From IMG/VR virus record IMGVR_UViG_3300047319_000243: a DNA stretch of 64,000 bases, one strand, 5' to 3'. Of the stretch, positions 1 through 8,634 are shown one piece after another (position 1 is the stretch's first letter; each line of letters starts with the position of its first letter). The position numbers and the translations under genes were made by a program. Source of the DNA: an uncultured virus (IMG/VR IMGVR_UViG_3300047319_000243). Its lineage: Duplodnaviria; Heunggongvirae; Uroviricota; Caudoviricetes. Below the pieces are notes generated by a model, which worked only from the letters and a program-made list of their open reading frames with translations, searched no databases and was not told the origin of the DNA.

Positions 1-2
1 CG

Positions 3-134
3 ATCAGCGCTGTGCAATCGAATAACTTCGTGCCGGCCCCGCCAGTGCAGAAGTTCATAGACCGCCTGCGGAAGTACATCACCATGTACAACCTGTCGGG
101 CACGTGGGATCAATTCAAAAAGGACAACCTGTAA
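3..134 (+). CDS. 3' end of an upstream hypothetical gene (partial)
   Basis: Frame open from the window start to TAA at 132-134, which overlaps the next ATG (TAATG coupling). Confidence 0.6.
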   Translation: MSAVQSNNFVPAPPVQKFIDRLRKYITMYNLSGTWDQFKKDNL

Positions 135-412
135 TGGAACTCGCAAAATCGGCCGTCGACCGCACCCTCGAAAATTTAGTAGAACTCATCATTAGCCTTG
201 GCGCAGGGGCGAAAATCCCGGCACAGGACGTGCTCGCCAAGCAGCTGCTCGTCAGTCGCACGGTGCTGCGCGAAGCGCTCGTCGTGCTCGAACACCTCAA
301 CGTGTTGAACGTTCGCCCCAAGACTGGCACGACTATCAACAAGCCGGACGACTGGAAAACGCGCAACCACGACATCATCGCGTGGCGCGCTCGCGTCGAA
401 GGGAAGAAGTAA
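134..412 (+). CDS. GntR/FadR-family winged-HTH protein, DNA-binding domain only
   Basis: IPAQDVLAKQLLVSRTVLREALVVL...PKTGTTI...W...DIIAW matches the GntR wHTH pattern; AAGGA RBS and TAATG coupling support the start at 134. Confidence 0.8.
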   Translation: MELAKSAVDRTLENLVELIISLGAGAKIPAQDVLAKQLLVSRTVLREALVVLEHLNVLNVRPKTGTTINKPDDWKTRNHDIIAWRARVEGKK

Positions 413-2290
413 ATGGACATCGTGACGCTCGACTTCGAAACGTTCTACGGCGACGACTACACGCTGTCGAAGCTCACGACGGAGGCGTACGTCCGTGACC
501 CGCGTTTCGAGGCCATCATGGTCGGCATCAAGATCAACAACGACGCGCCGTTTTGGGTGCCGCGTGACTCGATCAAGCTGCACCTCGACTCGCTGCAGCT
601 GCACAAGAAAGCCGTGCTGTGCCACCACGCGCACTTTGACGGCCTGATCTTGACGCACCACTACGGCATCTATCCGCGCATCTATTTCGATACGCTCGGC
701 ATGGGCCGCGCGCTGTTCGGTGCCCATGGGCGCTTGTCCCTCGACAAGTTGGCAGAGCGCTATGGCATCGGCAAGAAAGGCACCGAGGTACACAATGTTA
801 AAGGCTTCCGCTTCGCAGACTTCTCGCCGCAAGGGCTGGCGCGGTATGGTGATTATTGCTGCACTGACGTTGATCTCACTTATCGTCTATTCCTCAAGAT
901 GGTGGGTCAGTTCTCACGACACGAACTCGAACTCAACGACCAGATCATCCGCATGTTCACCGAGCCAAGCCTCATGCTCGACGAGTCCATGCTCGAACAG
1001 TACCGACAGGATTTGCGAAACGAGAAAGTCACTCTCCTGTTGCGCTCAGGCGCGCAGGTGGACGACCTAATGAGCAACGAGAAGTTTGCCCAGCTGCTGC
1101 GCGATCATGGCGTCGAACCGCCCATGAAGGTCTCGCCGCGCACGGGCAAGCTCACGTACGCCTTCGCAAAAACCGATTCGGGCATGCAGGCCCTGCAGGA
1201 GCACCCGGACGAGCGTATCCAGATCATCGTCGAGGCGCGACTCAAGAACAAGACGACGATCGCCGAACGCGGCGCGGAGCGCCTGATCGCCATGGGCCAG
1301 CGCGGGCCGGCGACGATCTATCTCAAGTACAGCGGCGCGGCCGGCACGCATCGCTTGAGCGCGGGCGACAAGATCAACTGGCAGGCGTTCAAGCGTGGCG
1401 CTGCGACGCGCAAGGCGGTCATGGCACCGGAGGGTGAGGTGCTGGTAGTCGGCGACTCGTCCAACATCGAGGCGCGGCTGCTCGACTGGCTGGCGGGCCA
1501 AGACGACATGGTGGAGGTGTACATCAAGGCCGACAAGAAGCTCGGGCCTGACATGTACTGCGTGATCGGCGGCCTCATCTACAAGAAGGAAGTGGTGAAG
1601 GGCCGCAGCGATGAGGACAACGACCAACGTCAACAAGGAAAAATCGCTAAGCTCGGCTTAGGATTTGGGATGGGTGAGGATAAGTTCATCATCAGCGTGC
1701 GCGGCCAAGCGAAGGACAAGGACGGCAGGCCGCTGGTGATCTCGCGCGAGCGCGCGCACTACATCGTTCATGACGTGTATCGCGCTTCCCATCCACACGT
1801 TGTCAAGCTCTGGAAGCGCGCCGAGGCCGCACTTGAGTGTATTGTCAGAGGGCAGGAGAATGTAGGGGTCGATCCGCGAGGCGTGGTGCGCACGTGCAAG
1901 GACGGCCTCGTGATGCCGGGCGGGATGAAGATCATGTATCCCGAACTGCGCCGGGAAAAGAACGACGAGGGCAGGTGGCAGTGGACGTTCTGGAACGGCA
2001 AGATGCGCGAGCATCTATATGGGGCCAAGGTGGTCGAGAACATCATCCAGTGTTTGGCACGGCTGGTCGTGTTCGCGCAGTGTTTGGAGACGCGTAAGGA
2101 GGCGGGGCCGCTCGCGCAGTGGGTCCATTCGGTCCACGACGAGGGGATTTTCCGCACGCAGCAGTTCTACGCGCCGTGGTTGCAGGAAAGGCTGTTGACG
2201 AATATGCGGGTGTCGCCGGACTGGGCACCGGGCTTGCCGCTCAATAGCGAAGGGGGATTCAACAGGCGTTACGGCCTCGCGAAGTCCTGA
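413..2290 (+). CDS. Family A DNA polymerase with 3'-5' exonuclease domain
   Basis: ExoI LDFET, ExoII HAHFD, motif A DSSNIEAR, motif B RQQGKIAKLGLGFG, motif C VHDE. Confidence 0.95.
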   Translation: MDIVTLDFETFYGDDYTLSKLTTEAYVRDPRFEAIMVGIKINNDAPFWVPRDSIKLHLDSLQLHKKAVLCHHAHFDGLILTHHYGIYPRIYFDTLGMGRALFGAHGRLSLDKLAERYGIGKKGTEVHNVKGFRFADFSPQGLARYGDYCCTDVDLTYRLFLKMVGQFSRHELELNDQIIRMFTEPSLMLDESMLEQYRQDLRNEKVTLLLRSGAQVDDLMSNEKFAQLLRDHGVEPPMKVSPRTGKLTYAFAKTDSGMQALQEHPDERIQIIVEARLKNKTTIAERGAERLIAMGQRGPATIYLKYSGAAGTHRLSAGDKINWQAFKRGAATRKAVMAPEGEVLVVGDSSNIEARLLDWLAGQDDMVEVYIKADKKLGPDMYCVIGGLIYKKEVVKGRSDEDNDQRQQGKIAKLGLGFGMGEDKFIISVRGQAKDKDGRPLVISRERAHYIVHDVYRASHPHVVKLWKRAEAALECIVRGQENVGVDPRGVVRTCKDGLVMPGGMKIMYPELRREKNDEGRWQWTFWNGKMREHLYGAKVVENIIQCLARLVVFAQCLETRKEAGPLAQWVHSVHDEGIFRTQQFYAPWLQERLLTNMRVSPDWAPGLPLNSEGGFNRRYGLAKS

Positions 2291-2323
2291 ATTGTAATTA
2301 TTGCCATAACAGACGGGGGTCTC

Positions 2324-2509
2324 ATGGCTAAAAAATTAGTTCGGAATGCGGATCAACTTGCGGATATACTTACATCCCTGATCGATGTCGCCAAGAAACA
2401 GGCGCAGGCCGGTGTGACTAACACGGGCCGTAAGGTCACGCAGAAGGATTTTGAAATCTTGAACCGGGCGCGTCGGGTGAAAAAGACACTCGACGACCCT
2501 CAGAAATAG
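2324..2509 (+). CDS. Hypothetical protein
   Basis: 61-aa ORF with GGGGG RBS, in operon. Confidence 0.6.
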   Translation: MAKKLVRNADQLADILTSLIDVAKKQAQAGVTNTGRKVTQKDFEILNRARRVKKTLDDPQK

Positions 2510-2524
2510 TCTGGAGTCCGAACA

Positions 2525-2821
2525 ATGTCTGAAGTCCAAGCCGAAGTGAAGGAAGTCGTGGAACAATCAGAGCAGGCATCCGGGGCCGGTGAGCAACCGG
2601 CACAGGAACCGGCACAGGAACCGGCACAGGAACCGGCGACGACGCCCGTGGATCAAGCGTCTGAGCCGGCACAGGAACCGGACTGGATCGCCAACGCGAA
2701 GCCGCCGGCTCATCCGGCCGAGGGCCATCTGGCGTCGATCGAGGCGATCGCGCTGACGTGGGGCGGTGATGTGGGCACGATGCTGCGCAATCTGGTCGGC
2801 AAGATTCGCGAAGTTCTGTAA
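2525..2821 (+). CDS. Hypothetical protein with PAQE repeats
   Basis: GGAG RBS; 98 aa. Confidence 0.7.
   Translation: MSEVQAEVKEVVEQSEQASGAGEQPAQEPAQEPAQEPATTPVDQASEPAQEPDWIANAKPPAHPAEGHLASIEAIALTWGGDVGTMLRNLVGKIREVL
2595..2637 (+). repeat. 12-bp tandem repeat AACCGGCACAGG, about 3.5 copies (coding)
   Basis: Read directly; encodes EPAQ units. Confidence 0.9.
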
Positions 2822-2841
2822 GCGCCACGACGGGGGTCACA

Positions 2842-3030
2842 ATGGCTTGGTACGTTGAATCGACGAAGGCTCCGGGACTCCGGTTCCGCATCGTCAAACT
2901 CGACAAGACCTCCATGCACGCGACGCTGAAAGGCGACACGGGTGTGGAGTTCGAAAAGACGTTGACGCAGGACGTGCTCGACAAGTTCGGGTACAAGGTC
3001 ATCCAGATCAAGGACGCGGTGGCAGCGTAA
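2842..3030 (+). CDS. Hypothetical protein
   Basis: 62-aa ORF with RBS and phage-like codon usage. Confidence 0.7.
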   Translation: MAWYVESTKAPGLRFRIVKLDKTSMHATLKGDTGVEFEKTLTQDVLDKFGYKVIQIKDAVAA

Positions 3031-3054
3031 GCTGCCCCTTTTCGTAGGGTCCAA

Positions 3055-3324
3055 ATGTCAAGCTCTCCTAACTACGTCCGCGATTACAAGCAGGAGAAAA
3101 AAACCTCCGACGCGCGCGGCGAGAAGAAGAAGCGCAACGCGCGGGACCGTGCACGCTACGAGCTTGAGAAGCTGGGCATGGTTCACAAGCACGACGGCAA
3201 AGATGTGGATCACATCAAGCCGTTGAGCAAGGGCGGGGCAGAGACGAAGCGCGATAACCTGCGCGTCGTGAGCGAGCATAAGAACCGCTCATTCCCGCGC
3301 AAGAGTGACGGGAGCATGAAGTGA
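3055..3324 (+). CDS. Small HNH endonuclease-like protein
   Basis: DVDHIKPLSKGG...NLRVVSEHKNR motif. Confidence 0.85.
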   Translation: MSSSPNYVRDYKQEKKTSDARGEKKKRNARDRARYELEKLGMVHKHDGKDVDHIKPLSKGGAETKRDNLRVVSEHKNRSFPRKSDGSMK

Positions 3325-4016
3325 AGCCGTACGCATGGAGCCATAGCGCGCTGTCCTCGTTCGACACCTGCCCGCGCCAGTACGAAGAGATCAAGGTACT
3401 GCGTAACTTTCAGGACACGACGAACGCGGCGGCGCTGTGGGGCGATGAGTTCCACAAGGCGGCCGAGACGTACATCAAGGCGAAGTGTGGGCTTGGCGAA
3501 GCATCGCTGCCGGCCAACATGTTGATGTATGACGAGTACCTTTTGCCGTTCGCCACGCGTCCCGGCAACACGTTGGTAGAGCAGAAGTACGCACTCACGC
3601 AGCAACTTGCACCTTGTTCGTTCTACGACAAGAATGTGTGGTGCCGGGGCATCGTCGACGTGCTGACGATCAACGGCCACGTGGCGCATGTGGATGACCA
3701 CAAGACGGGGAAGAACCGTAAGAAGGACATGCAGCAGCTGATCATCTTCGCGCTGCTGACCTTCTACCATCACCCCGAGGTCGACACGTGCCACACGGCG
3801 TTTCACTGGCTGCAGCATGGGTTCGGTGAGACGGCGAAGGATCGCGAGACGTTCTATCGGCATCAGATTCCGCAGCTGTGGGAATCGTTGCTGCCGAAGC
3901 TGCAGCGGTACAAGGCGGCGTTTCAGAACGGGGTGTTCCCGCCGAAGCCGAGCGGGCTGTGCAGGAAGCACTGCGCGGTGCAGACGTGTGAGTACGTTGG
4001 CAGTGGGCGTCGATGA
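3321..4016 (+). CDS. PD-(D/E)XK exonuclease (Cas4/RecB-like)
   Basis: WSHSAL..F.TCPR, G.EFH, GIVD...DHKTG, C-terminal C..C..C cluster. Confidence 0.85.
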   Translation: MKPYAWSHSALSSFDTCPRQYEEIKVLRNFQDTTNAAALWGDEFHKAAETYIKAKCGLGEASLPANMLMYDEYLLPFATRPGNTLVEQKYALTQQLAPCSFYDKNVWCRGIVDVLTINGHVAHVDDHKTGKNRKKDMQQLIIFALLTFYHHPEVDTCHTAFHWLQHGFGETAKDRETFYRHQIPQLWESLLPKLQRYKAAFQNGVFPPKPSGLCRKHCAVQTCEYVGSGRR

Positions 4017-4300
4017 CGCCTGAAGGAAAAGTAAAGGCGAAGGTGAAGGCCCTCCTGAAGCAGTGGGGGGCTTACTTTCATATGCCAGTACAAAACGGGA
4101 TGGGCGAGCCGACGTTAGATTTCATCGCTTGCCTGAACGGTAGGTTCATTGCGATAGAGACCAAAGCACCGGGCAAGAAGCCGACGAAGCGGCAGGAAGT
4201 CACGATGGCTCAGATGCGCGCCGCTGGCGCGTTCGTGTTCGTCGTGTCCAATGACGCCGAGTTGGAAGTGCTCGGGGCATACCTCGCATTACTATCATGA
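4013..4300 (+). CDS. VRR-NUC domain nuclease (putative Holliday junction resolvase)
   Basis: TPEGKVK...G..LDFIAC..GRFIAIETKAPGKKPT.RQ. Confidence 0.9.
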   Translation: MTPEGKVKAKVKALLKQWGAYFHMPVQNGMGEPTLDFIACLNGRFIAIETKAPGKKPTKRQEVTMAQMRAAGAFVFVVSNDAELEVLGAYLALLS

Positions 4301-5889
4301 TCGTACATACACCATCAAAGAGCCTCTTGCTCAAGCTGAGGCCGAAGAAGCTCGCCGAAGTGATGGCGATCTTCCCGTCGCATTCGAAGCAGATCGATCA
4401 CGAAGGGCACAACCTCGCGGTGCCGCACAACCTCGCGGTGGTGAAGGTGCTGCGCAACATGGGCATCAAGGCCCCGTCGCCGATCCGGTATTACTACGGC
4501 TGGCCACGGCCGGCGCGCTTCACGAAGGTGTTCGATCACCAGTACGCCACCGCGGACTTTTTGACGATGCACCCGCGTTGCTTCGTGCTCAACGAGCAGG
4601 GCACCAGCAAGACGGCATCGGCCATTTGGGCCGCCGACTATCTCATGTCGCTCGGACGCGTGAAGCGTGTCCTGATCGCTGGCAAGTTGTCGACGCTCGA
4701 CCACGTGTGGCGCGATGAAATCTTCGACGTTGCAATGCACCGCAGCGCGCTCGTGCTGCACGCCGATGCTGAGAAGCGCCGCCAGCTGCTCGCGCAGCCC
4801 GTCGACTTCTACATCACTAACCATGATGGCTTGAAAATCCTCGCGGATGACATCAAGAAGCGCAAGGACATCGACCTCATCATCATCGACGAGGCGAGCG
4901 CCTTCCGTAACGCGCAGACCGGGCTGTACGAAGTGCTGAAGGACATCAGCAAGGGCCGCAAGCTGTGGATGCTCACGGGCACGCCATGCCCCAACGCGCC
5001 CACGGATGCGTGGGCACTGGCCCGGCTGGTGGACCCGACGCGCGTGCCGCAGTTCTTCACTCAGTTCAAACGCAGGACGATGCAACAGTTGAGCACGTAC
5101 AAGTGGGTGCCGATGCCGGGCAGCCACGAGACGGCGTTCGAGGCGCTGCAGCCGGCGATTCGGTTTAAGAAATCCGAGTGCCTGTCGCTGCCGCCTGTCA
5201 CGTACCAGACGCGTCAGTGCGATCTGTCGAAGGAACAGAAGGACGCGTATCAGGCGATGAAAAATCATCTGGTGCTGGAGTCCAAGGATCAAAAGATCAC
5301 GGCGGCGAACGCGGCCGACAAGATCAGCAAGCTGCGCCAGATTCTGTGTGGCTCGATCAAGGACACCGAGACCGAGCAGTACGTGGCGATCGACCACGCG
5401 CCGCGCCTCAAGGTGTTGTTGGAAGTGATCGAGGAAGCGAGCGCCAAGGTGCTGATCATCGTGCCGTTCAAGGGCATCGTGCAGGTGCTGCGCGACGAGA
5501 TCATGGACTGGCACCAGAAGCGCGGCGACGGCCGGCGTGTCGAGGTCGTGAACGGCGATGTGGCGAAGGGCAAGCGCGATACGATTTTTCAGGACTTCCG
5601 CGATGACCCATCGCTCAACGAGTTGGTGTGTCACCCGAAGGTCATGGCGCACGGCCTGAACCTGACGCAAGCCGACGTGATGGTGTTCTATGCGCCGATC
5701 TACTCCAACGAGGAATCGCTGCAGGTGATGGACCGGATCAACCGGCCCGGCCAGACGCGCAAGATGACCATCGTCCGCATTCAGGCGAACACGTTGGAGC
5801 GTGACATCTACGCCATGGTGAACGATCGCGCCGTGAACCAAGAGACGATCCTGCAGTTGTACAAGAAGCAGTTAGACCTGTTCATTTGA
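4297..5889 (+). CDS. SNF2-family SF2 helicase
   Basis: NEQGTSKT Walker A, IIDEAS, LTGTP, HGLNL, QVMDRINRPGQ. Confidence 0.92.
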   Translation: MIVHTPSKSLLLKLRPKKLAEVMAIFPSHSKQIDHEGHNLAVPHNLAVVKVLRNMGIKAPSPIRYYYGWPRPARFTKVFDHQYATADFLTMHPRCFVLNEQGTSKTASAIWAADYLMSLGRVKRVLIAGKLSTLDHVWRDEIFDVAMHRSALVLHADAEKRRQLLAQPVDFYITNHDGLKILADDIKKRKDIDLIIIDEASAFRNAQTGLYEVLKDISKGRKLWMLTGTPCPNAPTDAWALARLVDPTRVPQFFTQFKRRTMQQLSTYKWVPMPGSHETAFEALQPAIRFKKSECLSLPPVTYQTRQCDLSKEQKDAYQAMKNHLVLESKDQKITAANAADKISKLRQILCGSIKDTETEQYVAIDHAPRLKVLLEVIEEASAKVLIIVPFKGIVQVLRDEIMDWHQKRGDGRRVEVVNGDVAKGKRDTIFQDFRDDPSLNELVCHPKVMAHGLNLTQADVMVFYAPIYSNEESLQVMDRINRPGQTRKMTIVRIQANTLERDIYAMVNDRAVNQETILQLYKKQLDLFI

Positions 5890-5900
5890 GAGTATTCCCC

Positions 5901-6347
5901 ATGGCGACCACAATGGATGATGTAGCGCTGAAAGCGTTCGTCGCGACGATCCCGGCCATGCCGGTCGAGAAGCGCGTGAAGCTCTTTCTCAAGACGCGCG
6001 CGGCGAAGTCCGAAGCGCAGAAGTCGTTCGACGAACAAGAGGCACAGTTCAAGCAGATCATGGAAGCCTGCCAGAACACGATGCTGGCCGATGCCGACAA
6101 GCAAGGCATCACGGGCTTCAAGACGCCATTCGGCACGACGTACGCCGATGAGACGGTGCGCTACTCGATCGCTGACGGCCACGCGTTCTACACGTTCGTG
6201 CAGGCGCAGAAGGACTTGGATTTTCTTGAGCGGCGCGTGTCGTCCACGCACGTGAAAGAGTATATGGAGGCCAACGGGGGTGCGCTGCCGCCGGGGCTGA
6301 GTGTGTTTCGTGAGCGTGTGATGCGCGTGAGGAAGGCTGGGAAATGA
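5901..6347 (+). CDS. Conserved phage replication-region protein
   Basis: Coiled N-terminus, KTPFGT, LERRVS, LPPG; typical of PolA-phage replication modules. Confidence 0.75.
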   Translation: MATTMDDVALKAFVATIPAMPVEKRVKLFLKTRAAKSEAQKSFDEQEAQFKQIMEACQNTMLADADKQGITGFKTPFGTTYADETVRYSIADGHAFYTFVQAQKDLDFLERRVSSTHVKEYMEANGGALPPGLSVFRERVMRVRKAGK

Positions 6348-6901
6348 CAGAAGCACTTGATGTGATGCTCGATCTGGAGACGCTGGGCACGGAGCCGTTT
6401 GCGCCCGTGCTGTCTATCGGCGCATGCACGTTCTACTTGGGCGAGACGCCGAATGGTGTTGAGCCGATCGCCGACACGTTCTATCAGGCGGTCGACATCG
6501 AGAGTTCGATCACGCTCGGCATGCGCCCGTCCGGTGCCACGCTGAAGTGGTGGGTGAACCAGTCGGCCGATGCGCGCGCGGTGTTCCAAGACCCGGCCGC
6601 ATGCTCGCTGCCCGACGCGCTCGACGCGTTCACGGACTGGCTGAACAGCCGCCCGGTGCAGGTGTGGGGCAACTCCGCGCGCTTCGACTGCGGCCTGCTC
6701 GCGGCAGCGTACAAGGCGTGCAGTAAAGAACTGCCGTGGATGTTCTGGAATGAGCGCTGCTATCGCACGGCGAAGAACCTGCCGGGCGCGAGCAGCGTGG
6801 CTATGCAGCGGATGGGGACGCACCACAACGCGTTGGATGATGCGGTCTCACAGGCGATGCACCTGCGTGGCATCTACAGCGCGCTGGGATTGAAGGCGTA
6901 G
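6344..6901 (+). CDS. DEDDh 3'-5' exo(ribo)nuclease
   Basis: MLDLETLG, WGNSARFD, HNALDDA motifs. Confidence 0.9.
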   Translation: MTEALDVMLDLETLGTEPFAPVLSIGACTFYLGETPNGVEPIADTFYQAVDIESSITLGMRPSGATLKWWVNQSADARAVFQDPAACSLPDALDAFTDWLNSRPVQVWGNSARFDCGLLAAAYKACSKELPWMFWNERCYRTAKNLPGASSVAMQRMGTHHNALDDAVSQAMHLRGIYSALGLKA

Positions 6902-6952
6902 GCTCTACGCCATTTGACATAAACGTATTGATCAATTTTTTAAGGATCACTA

Positions 6953-8197
6953 ATGAGCAACCTCATTCCTTTCAATAGCGGCGCTGGCGTCCCGGCACAC
7001 CTCGACTCGCTGTGGGGCGACGACGCGAATATCGCGCAACGCAACGGCATCAACGCGCTGAAGTTCAAGGGCAAGGTCTGGCGCACCATGATCGACGGCA
7101 GCGAGACCGACCTCATGCAAGACGTGAACGGCGACCAAGTGCCGGCGCAGATCGTCAACATCGTGGTGCTCGACCACAACAAGAACCGCAGCCGCGCTTT
7201 CTACGACGGTGGCTTCGAGGACGGCGCGAACAAGGCCCCGACGTGCGCATCGAGCGACGGCGTGAAGCCCGACGCCAATGTGAAGGAGCCGTGTGCGGCC
7301 ACGTGCGCGACTTGCCCGAACGCCGTGAAGGGTTCGAAGATCAGCGACAACGGCAAGCCGACGACGGCATGCGCGCCGAACAAGCGCGTGGCTGTGGTCC
7401 CGGTCGGTGGCATCGGCAAGCACGTGCCGCTGCTGCTGCGTCTGGCGCAGACTTCGGTGTGGGACAAGGACAACGCCGAGAACGAAGCGCAAGGCTGGTT
7501 CGCATGGGACCAGTACCTCGACTTCCTGCGCGCACGCGGCGCGAAGCATACGGCCGCAGTGGAAACGCGCTGTAAGTTCGACAAGCGCATGGCTTACCCG
7601 AAGCTGCTGTTCTCGGCATCGCGCTGGCTGAACCCCGACGAAGCCGTGGCCGCCAAGGCAATGCTCAACGACTCGGTGGATGACATCGCGAAAATCCTGT
7701 CCGGCTCGGGTCTGAACGACGGCCTCACCGGCACGCCGGGCATCCCGACCGATGGCGTCGCGTCCCTGCCGGCGGCAACGGACACGGTGAAGGCCACGAA
7801 GGTCGCCGCAGCTGAGGCAGCAGTCGACGCGATCGACGCGGTGGCGAAGGCCGAAGCCGCCAAGGCCGAAGCAGAAGCCAAGGCCGAAGCAGAAGCCAAG
7901 GCAGCAGCCGAAGCGGTAGCGGCCGAGAAGGCACGCAAGAAGGCAGCGAAGGACGCCAAGGCCAAGGCGGCAGCAGAAGCGGCGGCGGCAGCGGCGGCGG
8001 CAGCGGCAGCGGCGGCAGCGGCGGCGGCGAGCGCCGAGGACGATGACGACGATGAGGACGACGACGCGCCGGCCCCGTTGGCGGCAGCGCCGGTCGCAGC
8101 TGAGCCGATCGCCCCGCAAGCGGGTGTGGGCACGGAGTCGGCAACGCCGGCTGGCCTGTCTGCCCTGCTCGATGGCTGGGACGACACCGACGACTAA
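6953..8197 (+). CDS. Putative ssDNA-binding/annealing protein with Ala-rich linker and acidic tail
   Basis: C.SSDG..PD...C..CP motif, acidic end (GWDDTDD), position before the primase. Confidence 0.7.
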   Translation: MSNLIPFNSGAGVPAHLDSLWGDDANIAQRNGINALKFKGKVWRTMIDGSETDLMQDVNGDQVPAQIVNIVVLDHNKNRSRAFYDGGFEDGANKAPTCASSDGVKPDANVKEPCAATCATCPNAVKGSKISDNGKPTTACAPNKRVAVVPVGGIGKHVPLLLRLAQTSVWDKDNAENEAQGWFAWDQYLDFLRARGAKHTAAVETRCKFDKRMAYPKLLFSASRWLNPDEAVAAKAMLNDSVDDIAKILSGSGLNDGLTGTPGIPTDGVASLPAATDTVKATKVAAAEAAVDAIDAVAKAEAAKAEAEAKAEAEAKAAAEAVAAEKARKKAAKDAKAKAAAEAAAAAAAAAAAAAAAAASAEDDDDDEDDDAPAPLAAAPVAAEPIAPQAGVGTESATPAGLSALLDGWDDTDD

Positions 8198-8206
8198 GCC
8201 ACGTTC

Positions 8207-8235
8207 GGACAAACGGAGCGCCCCTCCGTTTGTCC
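8207..8235. repeat. 29-bp palindromic element, copy 1
   Basis: GGACAAACGGAG-cgccc-CTCCGTTTGTCC. Confidence 0.95.
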
Positions 8236-8257
8236 GGCTCACCCCATAGGAGAAAGA

Positions 8258-8605
8258 ATGTCCCGCATTATCACCGCCGATCGCCTCCAGCAGATCGCAG
8301 ACGCGCATGCAGCTGACCCCAACGCGCCCGGCCCTATCCTCGGGCAATTGATCATCGATGGCAACGTGCCGGTGGAAGCCGTCGCGCGCATGCTGCGCGT
8401 GTCCGATGTGACGATTTACCGCTGGATGTACGGCACCGCGCGCCCGCGCGATCAGGACAAACTCGCGAAGCTGGAGAAACTTCTCACGATTCTCCGCAAA
8501 GCCAAGCGGGCCAAGGAGTTGCCGCTCGCTGGCACCGTGCCACAGCGTATTAAGCTGGTTGAAAAGCTCATCATCGCCTACCGCCCGCTGCGCAGTCCGT
8601 CATAA
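8258..8605 (+). CDS. XRE/Cro-like HTH DNA-binding protein
   Basis: VEAVARMLRVSDVTIYRWMYG HTH; AGGAG RBS. Confidence 0.8.
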   Translation: MSRIITADRLQQIADAHAADPNAPGPILGQLIIDGNVPVEAVARMLRVSDVTIYRWMYGTARPRDQDKLAKLEKLLTILRKAKRAKELPLAGTVPQRIKLVEKLIIAYRPLRSPS

Positions 8606-8634
8606 AATCTGACGCTCGACAATTCGGGGTCCAA

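Noticed and set aside
3321..4016. cas4 as part of a CRISPR system
   Set aside because: It sits in a standard phage replication operon; solo Cas4-like nucleases are common in phages.
6914..6945. Sigma70 promoter at TTGACA before the SSB-like gene
   Set aside because: Perfect -35 but no convincing -10 at 16-18 bp, so left uncalled.
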